Part shown: positions 41,089-49,993 of the stretch, in pieces | Position numbering within the stretch: the stretch's first letter is position 1 | Layout: each line of letters begins with the position of its first letter | Source of the DNA: Verrucomicrobiia bacterium | Lineage (GTDB): Bacteria > Verrucomicrobiota > Verrucomicrobiia > Palsa-1439 | Assembly: GCA_049510215.1 (NCBI GenBank) | Contig: JBEKZD010000026.1 | Coordinates: 1,289-65,288, forward strand | Length of the DNA stretch: 64,000 bases | Reading direction: 5' to 3' | The notes under the pieces: model-generated | Told to the model about the DNA's origin: nothing | The model's input: only the letters and a program-made list of their open reading frames with translations | The model's database searches: none | Translations under genes and position numbers: made by a program

Positions 41089-42056
41089 AAGACACGACAC
41101 GGCGTGAGTTTCTGCGACGGGGCCTGTTCGGAGCAGCCACGTTGATGGCGGGGTTGAGATCGTCCAAGATTTTGGCGGCGCTTCCATCGACGAAGCCGAC
41201 TGTTGATCGCCGGTCGCTCGGGCGGATCGAAACAGAGGTTTCCATCTTGGGCTTGGGACTTGGTACCGGCCTGTATCGCCGTGCCACGCCGGGCAGTGCG
41301 GCGCACGAAGAGTACCTGCGTCATGCGTTGGATCTGGGGATTAACTACTGGGATACCTCGCGATCGTACGGACGCAGCGAGGAAACCATTGGTCCGGTGG
41401 TGAAGCAGTTCCGCGACCGAATCTTTCTCGTAACCAAGGGCGACCATCGCGATTACGACGGGTTCCGCCGCGATATTGAAACCAGTCTCAAGAATTTGCA
41501 GACCGATCACATTGACCTCTATCACATCCACGACCTACGGCCAGAATGGGACCCCGACCTCCGCGTGATTGAGCAAGGCGCGGTGCGGGCGGCGCGCAAA
41601 GCCAAGGAGGAGGGGATCATTCGGCATTTCGGCATCACGGGCCACACCGAGGCCGGCATTCTCATCGAAGCCATCCGCCGGTTCGATCCTGACGCGGTAT
41701 TGACGGTCTTTCCGTGCACCCGGCCTGACAATGGCCGGTATGAGGACAAACTTCTGCCGCTGGCGGCCGAGCGGAAGATGGGCGTCATCGCGATGAAGAC
41801 GGTGCAATTTGCCCAGGGGGCGAAGCTGCGGGGAACGGATCTCCTGCGCTACGCGCTGAGCTTGAAAGGCGTTCACTGCGCCATCACCGGCATGGAGTCA
41901 GTCCGTCAATTGGATGAAAACAGCGCAATCGCGATGAACTTCCGGCCCCTGAGCAAAGAGCAACGGGCTATGATCCACGACCAAACCTGCGTGGCTCTTG
42001 CCGATACCGTGGCGCCGTGGGATCGTCCAGGATACGTGGACGGCAGCGTGGTTTAG
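41085..42056 (+). CDS. Aldo/keto reductase with a Tat-like signal
   Basis: TRREFL, GINYWDTS..YG.SE, SLKNLQTDHIDLY.IH, VIAMK. Confidence 0.88.
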   Translation: MKDTTRREFLRRGLFGAATLMAGLRSSKILAALPSTKPTVDRRSLGRIETEVSILGLGLGTGLYRRATPGSAAHEEYLRHALDLGINYWDTSRSYGRSEETIGPVVKQFRDRIFLVTKGDHRDYDGFRRDIETSLKNLQTDHIDLYHIHDLRPEWDPDLRVIEQGAVRAARKAKEEGIIRHFGITGHTEAGILIEAIRRFDPDAVLTVFPCTRPDNGRYEDKLLPLAAERKMGVIAMKTVQFAQGAKLRGTDLLRYALSLKGVHCAITGMESVRQLDENSAIAMNFRPLSKEQRAMIHDQTCVALADTVAPWDRPGYVDGSVV

Positions 42057-42226
42057 TTTGACTCACGACCAGATGGGTCCGCCATGAGCGGCCTCGTCAG
42101 CAAGCTCAACGAGATGGCGCGCGACGATGGGTTGGGTGCGCTTGCTGGGTCGGGCGGAACCTTTTGTGCAGTCGAGGTAGGCAGTCGGTTGAACATTGCG
42201 TTAGGACCCGTACCGGAGAATTCAAA

Positions 42227-43564
42227 ATGTCAAAGAACCGTTCGTTGAGATCGATCGCTTTCTTGGTGGTCATTGCGGGACTCGCTGCGGCGATCTTTCC
42301 AACCAAGGCGCAGACGGTGGGGGCCGCCACCAACCGGACATCCAGAACCAGCTTCAAGTTCGGTTTTGGGTCTGGGAAAGTCCAGCCGGGGTACACTCGG
42401 ATTTTGCCGACCACCGTTTACACCAAGGAACTCGGCTATGGGTTTGAACCCGCCGCGAACGTCACTGCTTTTGATCGCGGAGGAGACGAGCCGTTGCGCA
42501 GCGGTTTCATTACTTCCGACAAACCATTCTACTTTTCGGTCGCGTTGCCGGAGGGAAATTACAGAGTGACGGTCACGCTGGGGGACAAGGACGGGGAATC
42601 CGACGCGACTGTGAAAGCGGAGTTGCGGCGGCTGATGCTGGAAAAAGTGCACACGACGACCGGGAAATTCGAGACGCGCACGTTCATCGTCAACACCCGT
42701 ACGCCCCGGATTTCGACCGGTGGCGAAGTCAGGCTCAAGGAGCGCGAGAAGACGACGGAGATTTGGGCTTGGGACGATAAGCTGACCTTGGAGTTCAACG
42801 GCGCGCGTCCATGCGTTTGCTCTCTCGAAATCAGCCGGGCAGACGATGTTCCCACGGTCTATTTGTTGGGCGACTCGACCGTCTGTGATCAACCGCGCGA
42901 ACCGTGGAATAGCTGGGGGCAAATGCTGACTCGTTTCCTGAAGCCGGACATCGCTGTGGCCAATCACGCGGAATCGGGCGAGTCCGTGGCAAGCTCCCTC
43001 AGCGCCCGCCGGTTCGACAAGGTCTTCAGCCTGATGAAATCCGGCGACTATCTCTTCATGCAATTCGGGCATAACGACATGAAGAACAAAAGCCCGAACG
43101 CCCTCGAATCCTACAAGAGCGACCTGAAACATCTCGTCGCCGAAACGCGCAAACGGGGCGGCATTCCCGTGCTTGTGACCTCAATGGAGCGCAAGAACGG
43201 CGTGGAGAAAGATACCTTGGGTGAATATCCCGAGACCGTGCGCCAGGTGGCCAAGGAAGACAACGTGACGCTGATCGATCTGCACGCGATGAGCAAGCTA
43301 CTTTACAAAGCCTTGGGGCAGGACATCGACAAAGCGTTTCAGGATGGCACCCACCACAACAACTACGGCAGCTACGAACTGGTACAGTGCATCGTCGAGG
43401 GAATCCGACAAAGCAAGCTGGCCCTCGCCAAACACATCGTGGATGACTTCCACGGATTCGACCCGAGTCACCCCGATTCGGTTGAGAATTTCGTCATGCC
43501 GGCCAGCCCCGAAAGCTTCGGGGCCAGCCCGCTCAGCACGGCCGCCAAGCCCGAGGGCAGTTGA
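42227..43564 (+). CDS. Rhamnogalacturonan-acetylesterase-like SGNH/GDSL esterase
   Basis: Signal peptide, LGDSTV, WGQML, QFGHND, DGTH. Confidence 0.88.
   Translation: MSKNRSLRSIAFLVVIAGLAAAIFPTKAQTVGAATNRTSRTSFKFGFGSGKVQPGYTRILPTTVYTKELGYGFEPAANVTAFDRGGDEPLRSGFITSDKPFYFSVALPEGNYRVTVTLGDKDGESDATVKAELRRLMLEKVHTTTGKFETRTFIVNTRTPRISTGGEVRLKEREKTTEIWAWDDKLTLEFNGARPCVCSLEISRADDVPTVYLLGDSTVCDQPREPWNSWGQMLTRFLKPDIAVANHAESGESVASSLSARRFDKVFSLMKSGDYLFMQFGHNDMKNKSPNALESYKSDLKHLVAETRKRGGIPVLVTSMERKNGVEKDTLGEYPETVRQVAKEDNVTLIDLHAMSKLLYKALGQDIDKAFQDGTHHNNYGSYELVQCIVEGIRQSKLALAKHIVDDFHGFDPSHPDSVENFVMPASPESFGASPLSTAAKPEGS
43501..43530. repeat. Mini-palindrome with an overlapping 9-bp direct repeat
   Basis: GCCCCGAAAGCTTCGGGGC (43506-43524); GGCCAGCCC at 43501-43509 and 43522-43530. 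Confidence 0.75.
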
Positions 43565-43977
43565 CAGGTGGCGTGAGCACCGTCGCCGAAAAACTCAATG
43601 AGATTCTGGCGGACGAATGGGCGTGCGTCCGCGTACTGCGTCGGTCCGAATCCCAATGCGACGACCCCGTCAAACGAGAGGTCATCAAGCGCATCCGCAA
43701 AGATTGCAGCGTGAACTGCGTCAGCCTCGCGAACGTCATTCGCGCCCTCGGCGGAAGCCCGACCGATATCTCCAGCGCGCGTTTCTCGCTGAAGTTGTCC
43801 GATGAATCGCTGACCGACACGCTCTACATGTTTCAGTCCGCACAACAGCACATCATCGACGAGATTAGCACGGCGCTGGACGAGCCTGATCTCAAGTCGG
43901 GGCGCAGTCCGCTCGCCACTGTCCAGCAGCTTCACAAGGAGAACATCCGCTGGCTCAAGTCGGCGCTGCCGGCTTAG
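43561..43977 (+). CDS. Ferritin-like four-helix hypothetical protein
   Basis: LNEILADE...IRALGGSP...HKENI.WL; start uncertain (TTG or GTG). Confidence 0.6.
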   Translation: MTGGVSTVAEKLNEILADEWACVRVLRRSESQCDDPVKREVIKRIRKDCSVNCVSLANVIRALGGSPTDISSARFSLKLSDESLTDTLYMFQSAQQHIIDEISTALDEPDLKSGRSPLATVQQLHKENIRWLKSALPA

Positions 43978-43985
43978 GCGGCCCC

Positions 43986-44064
43986 GGCGGCCAGGATGGC
44001 CGCCCTACAATTACAGATCGTGATGCAAATTGTGGGTTGTTGTAGGGCGGCGATTTTCGCCGCC
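43986..44064. repeat. GTAG-type REPs at the RAYT 3' end
   Basis: GGCGGCCAGGATGGCCGCCCTACA (43986-44009) and TGTAGGGCGGCGATTTTCGCCGCC (44041-44064). Confidence 0.85.
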
Positions 44065-44499
44065 GCCGGGCTTCCGAAAACCGATCGAGTAAGGCCACCC
44101 TTCCCAGCGAGACACCAAACCTGCGCGCACAGGATTCTCGCGCATCTAGAGCCACTTGGTTTCTGCTGATTCGTCACGCCGAAGCAGCCGGTCAAACACA
44201 CCTTCCTGCCAATGCCACTCTGCATGAACCGCTCGGCGGACATGGCGTTTCAAGCCTGCTGAGAATTGAGTGACTGGAGCGTCACGATCCATCGGCGCGA
44301 CCAACGCGTGAAGATGATCAGGCATGATCACGGCCGATAGCAAAAGCCAGTTTGTGTTGGATGAGCAAAACATCCTGACCGCGGCCAAGACGTCTGGGTT
44401 GTTCAAAACCCGCTCGCGTCTCGCGACACAGATTGTGATGTAGTACACCACCGGTTGATCCAGCGATAACCAGACGGGGATTCGCGGAGGCCTGCCCAT
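44011..44499 (-). pseudogene. REP-associated tyrosine transposase (RAYT, HUH-Y1) with an internal TAG
   Basis: YYITIC, VIMPDHLHAL (HUH), WQEGVFDRLLR, then KWL*MRENPVRAGLV..W..WPY; TAG at 44148-44146; the frame continues to TAA at 44013-44011. Confidence 0.88.
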
Positions 44500-44550
44500 G
44501 ACGGCTGAGCAGTTTACCCCGAGCGACACGGATATTTCAACTTTCGACGT

Positions 44551-44880
44551 GGCGGCCAACATGGCCGCCCTACAAACGGCGGATCCTTGCTACAGACGAT
44601 GGGTCGTTGTAGGAAGATAGGGTCACATCTTCTGGGCGTGTTGCCCAAATGGTGTTTATTGTTGTAGCCGCGCTTCTGCGAGGCGCGGGCCGTTGATTTT
44701 CCGAGAGAATTCGGCGCTTCGCAGAAGCGCCGCTACACCGGAAGTGGCAAGAATTAGTGGCGACGTGAAACGGTTACGAAAACGGGCGCAGGGTTGCGCC
44801 GCGATGAATAGGAATTGTGGGGCAAGCGTACCGCTGGCCGTTGTTTTCGCACGGTGGCAGGCGAAGCGCCTACCCTACAA
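44551..44880. repeat. REP cluster upstream of the RAYT
   Basis: Unit at 44551-44574 and doublets at 44663-44737 and 44815-44880, all with TGTAG/TGTGG...CTACA feet. Confidence 0.85.
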
Positions 44881-44900
44881 CGGATTCTCTTAGGACGCTG

Positions 44901-45419
44901 TTAGTACACGATCGTCGAAAAGACCCGGTAGTCTTTCAGGCGTTCACGGCCTTTGAGGAAGGACAGTTCGATGAGGAAATCGATTTCGATGATGTTGCCG
45001 CCGAGTTGTTTCACCAGCGTCGCGGCGGCCATGGCGGTGCCACCGGTGGCAAGGAGATCGTCCACGATAATGACGTTGTCTCCTTTCTTCAGTGCGTCCA
45101 CGTGCATTTCGCTGGTCTCGCTGCCGTACTCCAGCGTGTAGCTGGTGACGACGGTTTTGTACGGGAGCTTGCCTTTCTTGCGGACGGGGACGAGGCCGAT
45201 GCCGAGCTTGTAGGCCACGGCGCCGGCGAAGATGAACCCACGCGCGTCGATGCCCACCACGGCGTCCATTTTCCTGCCTTTGTGACGGTCGGCGATGGCA
45301 TCCACGGCCTGACGGAAAAGTTTGCCGTCCTGCAGAATCGGGGTGATGTCTTTGAACAGAACGCCCTTGATGGGAAAATCCGGCACGTCGCGCACAGCGG
45401 CTTTGAGTTGGTCGTTCAT
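44901..45419 (-). CDS. apt: Adenine phosphoribosyltransferase
   Basis: PDFP..GVLFKDIT, ARGF, RKKGKLP, LEYG, VDDLLATGGT. Confidence 0.96.
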   Translation of the reverse strand: MNDQLKAAVRDVPDFPIKGVLFKDITPILQDGKLFRQAVDAIADRHKGRKMDAVVGIDARGFIFAGAVAYKLGIGLVPVRKKGKLPYKTVVTSYTLEYGSETSEMHVDALKKGDNVIIVDDLLATGGTAMAAATLVKQLGGNIIEIDFLIELSFLKGRERLKDYRVFSTIVY

Positions 45420-45529
45420 GGCGGGCCGTTTGTACAGGAAGAGTCGCGGAAATGAAAGTCCGAAAGTCAGGCTTCAGCCCGGACGACGCGGCGGCGCATG
45501 AGTGTGTCCGATATGTGAATCGTGAGGGC

Positions 45530-46387
45530 TCAGTGCTTGCCGGCGGCTGGGACAGTGCGCTCCTGTTTTTCCATGATGCGACGCAGCTTGATGAGGGCGA
45601 TGTTCTGAATCTGGCGGACGCGCTCGCGCGTGACCTTGAACTTCTTTCCGACTTCCTCAAGCGTCTGTGGCTTGCTGCCGTCCAGCCCGAAGCGCAGTAT
45701 CAGAATCTCGGCTTCACGCGGTTCGATTTCGCTGAGGACTTCTGAGATGTCCTCGCGCAGCGTCTTGTCGCGCAGCAGCTCAAACGGCGTCAGCGCGTTT
45801 TCGTCGCCGACGATTTCGCTGAACTCGGCGACGTCGTCCTCGCCGATGGGCGCATCAAGGCTGGCGGGCCGTATGCTGATGGTGCGCAACTGAGTGACCT
45901 TGGCGGGCGACATGTCGAGCTTGGCCGCCAGTTCGGCATCGGTTGGCTCGCGACCGAGTCTCTCGCTGAGCTGGTGGCTGGCGCGCTTCACCTTGCTGAT
46001 CTTATCGACAAGGTGGACGGGCAGGCGAATGGTTTTGCCTTGGTTGGCCAGCGCGCGTTTGATGGATTGTTTGATCCACCACGCGGCGTAGGTGGAGAGC
46101 TTGCCGCCCTTCTTGGGGTCGAACCGCTCGACGGCTTTCATCAATCCGATGTTGCCTTCGCTGATGAGGTCGAGCAACGGCAGACCGAGGTTGGAGTAGT
46201 CGTGGGCGATCTTGACAACGAGGCGCAGGTTCGCCCTGATCATCTTGGTACGGGCCTTCTTGTCGCCCTTCTTGATGCGCGCGGCCAGCCTGACTTCATC
46301 CTCGGGCTTGAGCAGGGGAATCTTCCCGATTTCCCGGAGGTAAATCTTGATCCCGTCGTCGCTTTCTCTTTCGCGCTCGATAGCCAT
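45530..46387 (-). CDS. RpoD/RpoS-family sigma-70 factor lacking region 1.1
   Basis: YLREIG, ANLRLVVKIA, DLISEGNIGL, STYAAWWIKQ, TLEEVG...VTRERVRQIQ. Confidence 0.93.
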   Translation of the reverse strand: MAIERERESDDGIKIYLREIGKIPLLKPEDEVRLAARIKKGDKKARTKMIRANLRLVVKIAHDYSNLGLPLLDLISEGNIGLMKAVERFDPKKGGKLSTYAAWWIKQSIKRALANQGKTIRLPVHLVDKISKVKRASHQLSERLGREPTDAELAAKLDMSPAKVTQLRTISIRPASLDAPIGEDDVAEFSEIVGDENALTPFELLRDKTLREDISEVLSEIEPREAEILILRFGLDGSKPQTLEEVGKKFKVTRERVRQIQNIALIKLRRIMEKQERTVPAAGKH

Positions 46388-46562
46388 TTCTGCAACTTTC
46401 TCCTTACAAAGGAGAATCAACCCCACTTGGTACGGTCAGGCTATGAATTTAGCCACGAGTACGCAAGCACTTTAGCCGCGGATCTGTCACATTATCGTTC
46501 TCCCGCAGCTTAGATGTCCGACAACCGCGTTTGGTTCAATGGGCGCCCGAGCAGAAAAGTAA

Positions 46563-46587
46563 GGGCGACCCGACGGGTCGCCCCTAC
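46563..46587. repeat. Single GTAG-type REP downstream of ppdK
   Basis: GGGCGACCCGACGGGTCGCCCCTAC. Confidence 0.75.
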
Positions 46588-46610
46588 CGTAAACCGTATG
46601 ATTCGGTCGG

Positions 46611-49379
46611 TCATTCATTGTCCTTCAGCGCCGCCTGCGCTGCGGCGAGGCGCGCCACGGGGACGCGGAACGGCGAGCAGCTTACGTAGCTCAATCCGAT
46701 GCGGTGGCAGAACTCCACGCTGGCCGGGTCGCCGCCGTGCTCGCCGCAGATGCCGAGCTTGATGTCGGGTCGCGTCTTGCGGCCCTTCTCGATGGCGATC
46801 TGCATGAGTTGGCCGACGCCGCCCTGGTCAATCGTGGCGAACGGATTGTTCTTCACAATCTCCAGTTCCTGGTAGTATGGCAGGAACGATCCTGAATCAT
46901 CGCGGCTCATGCCGAGCGTGGTCTGGGTCAGGTCGTTGGTGCCGAAGCTGAAGAACTGCGCGTCCTTAGCGATCTCGTCGGCGCAGAGCGCGCCACGCGG
47001 GATTTCGATCATCGTGCCGACCAGATAGCTGATCTTGGTCTTCTTCTCTTCCATGACCTGCTTGGCGACACGATGGACGATCTCCAACTGGTTCTGGAGT
47101 TCCTTCGCGAAGCCGACCAGCACGATCATGATTTCAGGTTTCACCTTGATCCCTTCGCTTTGCACCTGAATGGCCGCCTCGATAATGGCACGGGTCTGCA
47201 TCTCGGTGATTTCGGGATAGGTGATCCCCAAACGGCAGCCGCGATGACCGAGCATCGGGTTGGCCTCGTGCAACGCCTGCACGCGAGCAGCAACCATTTC
47301 CGGGCTGATGCCGAGACGGTGCGCTGTGGCCCGTTGCGTCTCGCTGTCGTGCGGCAGGAACTCGTGCAACGGCGGATCGAGCGTGCGGATGGTGACCGGA
47401 TAGCCCTTCATCTCGCGGAAGATACCGACGAAGTCATCGCGTTGCAGCGGCAACAGCTTGGCCAGCGCCCGTTCGCGGGCTTCCTTGGTCTCGGCGAGAA
47501 TCATCTCGCGCATCGCGTAGATGCGGTCGCCTTCGAAGAACATATGTTCGGTGCGGCACAACCCGATGCCCGTTGCGCCGAACGCGATGGCGTTGGCGGC
47601 TTGGTCGGGTTGGTCGGCATTGGTGCGGACATCGAGCCGGCGCAGCTTGTCGGCCCAGTTCATCAACTTGGCGAACTGCTGATAGGTCCGGCTCTGTTTC
47701 GGATCGAGCGACTTGGCAACCAGCACCTGGACAACTTCGCTGGGGGCGGTCTTGACTTGCCCCTCGTAAATCTCACCGAGCGTGCCGTCGATGGAGATGT
47801 AATCGCCTTCCTTGATCGTGCGGCCTTTCACCTGCATCACGCGCGCCCGGTAATCAATCACGATGTCCGCTGCGCCCGCAACGCAGACCTTGCCCATCTG
47901 CCGGGCCACCAACGCCGCGTGGCTCGACACACCGCCGCGCGCAGTGAGGATGCCTTCAGCAGCGATCATCCCGCGCAAGTCTTCGGGGCTGGTTTCGATG
48001 CGGGCGAGAAGAACCTTTTCGCCCCTGTGCGCGCGCTCCACGGCGTCTTCAGCGTTGAACACGACTCTGCCGCTCGCGGCGCCGGGGCCTGCCGCCAGGC
48101 CTTTGCACAGCAGTCGTCCAGACTTCACCGCCGCATCGCGGTCGTTGCGGTCAAATATCGGCGCCAGCACCTGCGTCAACGAATCAGCAGGCACGCGCGC
48201 CACGGCCGTCTTCCAATCGATCAGTTTTTCGTCCACCATCTCGATGGCGATGCGCACGGCGGCGACGCCGGTGCGTTTGCCGTTGCGGGTTTGGAGCATG
48301 TACAGCTTGTGGTCTTCGATGGTGAACTCGAAGTCTTGCATGTCGCGGAAACGGCTCTCCAACGTCTCTCGCACTTTGTTCAGCTCAGCGAACGCCTTAG
48401 GCATGTCGTCATTCAACTTCGCAATCGGTTGCGGCGTGCGAATGCCTGCGACCACGTCTTCGCCCTGCGCGTTGATCAAGTACTCGCCGTAGAACACTTT
48501 CTCGCCCGTCGCCGGATCGCGCGTGAACGCCACGCCCGTCGCGCTGGTGTCGCCGAGGTTGCCGAACACCATCGTCTGCACGTTCACCGCCGTGCCCCAT
48601 TCGTGCGGGATGCCGTACTTGCGGCGATAGACGATGGCGCGGTCGTTGTTCCACGAACCGAACACGGCGCCAATCGCGCCCCAGAGTTGCTCGCGCGGAT
48701 CCTGAGGGAAGTCCTTGCCCGTGCGCTTGCGGATCAGGTCCTTGAAACGGGAGACGAGTTCGCGAAGTTGCTTGGCATTGAGGTCCATGTCCTGTTTCGC
48801 GCCGACCTTCTGTTTGATTTCATCCATGACCTCGTCGAACGGCTCGTGCTCGTCGCGGCCGATCTTCTGCACGCCCATGACCACGTCGCCGTACATCTGG
48901 ATGAACCGGCGATAGCAGTCCCACGCCCAGCGCGGGTTGCCGCTCTTCTTCGCGACCACTTCGACCACCTCGTCGTTCAAGCCGAGGTTGAGGATCGTGT
49001 CCATCATGCCCGGCATCGAATCGCGCGCGCCCGAGCGCACCGAGACGAGCAAGGGATTGTCCTTGTCGCCGAACCTCTTGCCCGTCAAAGCCTCCAGCCG
49101 CACCAGCGCCGTCTCGACCTGATTGGCCAGTTGCTTCGGATAGGTCTTCTTGTTCTCGTAATAATACGTGCAGACTTCGGTAGTAATCGTGAAGCCGGGC
49201 GGCACGGGCAATCCAATGCGGGTCATCTCGTGCAGGTTCGCGCCTTTGCCGCCGAGCAACGGTTTCTGCGAGCCGTTGCCGTCGGCTTTGCCGCCGCCGA
49301 AGAAATACACGTACTTCGCCGACGCGGGCGCTTTGGTTGTCCTGGGCTTCGCAGCAGACTTCTTTGAACTCTTCGTCAT
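46611..49379 (-). CDS. ppdK: Pyruvate, phosphate dikinase
   Basis: [50 protein letters not shown]. Confidence 0.97.
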   Translation of the reverse strand: MTKSSKKSAAKPRTTKAPASAKYVYFFGGGKADGNGSQKPLLGGKGANLHEMTRIGLPVPPGFTITTEVCTYYYENKKTYPKQLANQVETALVRLEALTGKRFGDKDNPLLVSVRSGARDSMPGMMDTILNLGLNDEVVEVVAKKSGNPRWAWDCYRRFIQMYGDVVMGVQKIGRDEHEPFDEVMDEIKQKVGAKQDMDLNAKQLRELVSRFKDLIRKRTGKDFPQDPREQLWGAIGAVFGSWNNDRAIVYRRKYGIPHEWGTAVNVQTMVFGNLGDTSATGVAFTRDPATGEKVFYGEYLINAQGEDVVAGIRTPQPIAKLNDDMPKAFAELNKVRETLESRFRDMQDFEFTIEDHKLYMLQTRNGKRTGVAAVRIAIEMVDEKLIDWKTAVARVPADSLTQVLAPIFDRNDRDAAVKSGRLLCKGLAAGPGAASGRVVFNAEDAVERAHRGEKVLLARIETSPEDLRGMIAAEGILTARGGVSSHAALVARQMGKVCVAGAADIVIDYRARVMQVKGRTIKEGDYISIDGTLGEIYEGQVKTAPSEVVQVLVAKSLDPKQSRTYQQFAKLMNWADKLRRLDVRTNADQPDQAANAIAFGATGIGLCRTEHMFFEGDRIYAMREMILAETKEARERALAKLLPLQRDDFVGIFREMKGYPVTIRTLDPPLHEFLPHDSETQRATAHRLGISPEMVAARVQALHEANPMLGHRGCRLGITYPEITEMQTRAIIEAAIQVQSEGIKVKPEIMIVLVGFAKELQNQLEIVHRVAKQVMEEKKTKISYLVGTMIEIPRGALCADEIAKDAQFFSFGTNDLTQTTLGMSRDDSGSFLPYYQELEIVKNNPFATIDQGGVGQLMQIAIEKGRKTRPDIKLGICGEHGGDPASVEFCHRIGLSYVSCSPFRVPVARLAAAQAALKDNE

Positions 49380-49520
49380 AATCTTTGGTATCCTTGTGAA
49401 ATATCCTGCCCTTGAGCAGGCAGAAGATTTGCCTCTCTAACGGGGGAAACTCCATTGCCAGTCTAACAAAACCTCACCCTCTGTCAACGAGCGTTTCGAT
49501 TTCATACGGCACATTTTTTC

Positions 49521-49952
49521 CGCCGCACGGCGTGGGGCTCGTGGCTTTCGGCCTCCGCGCCGTTCGTCATCGCACCGGTGGAAGTGGTTGTTGTGCTCTA
49601 CAAGGAATCGTGGAAGAAAACGTCCGGCTCCGGCGCATCCGACATCTCGCGCAACGAGTTCATGGGATGGACGAACGGCGTGTGGACATTCAAGGGCGAG
49701 AGCAATAAACGCGTCGGCCATCCCGCCCCGTTTCCAGTCGAGCTGCCCCGCCGGTGCATCAAGCTGTTCAGTTTCGTTGGCGACACAGTGCTCGATCCGT
49801 TTTGCGGCAGCGGTTCGACTCTGATTGCCTGCCGGCAAACGAAACGGCGCGACATCGGCATCGAGATTGATGCCGGCTACTGCGCATTGGCCGTCGATCG
49901 ACTCACGAAGGAGGCGGATATTAACCAGCTTGTGTCTCAAGAGGTCGAGTGA
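49521..49952 (+). pseudogene. 5'-truncated beta-class N4/N6 DNA methyltransferase
   Basis: RRTAWGSWLSASAP.VIAPVE, HPAPFPVELP, VLDPFCGSGST; the N-terminal catalytic (S/D)PPY half is missing. Confidence 0.8.
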
Positions 49953-49993
49953 CGATCCCTGCGACCGCAAACAGTAGCAACTAACGGCTTGAT

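Noticed and set aside
43986-44880. CRISPR-like array
   Set aside because: The units are inverted, variable and irregularly spaced REPs, and there are no cas genes.
47073-49367. 764-aa plus-strand ORF
   Set aside because: Antisense shadow of ppdK caused by GC-rich codon bias; no recognisable motifs.
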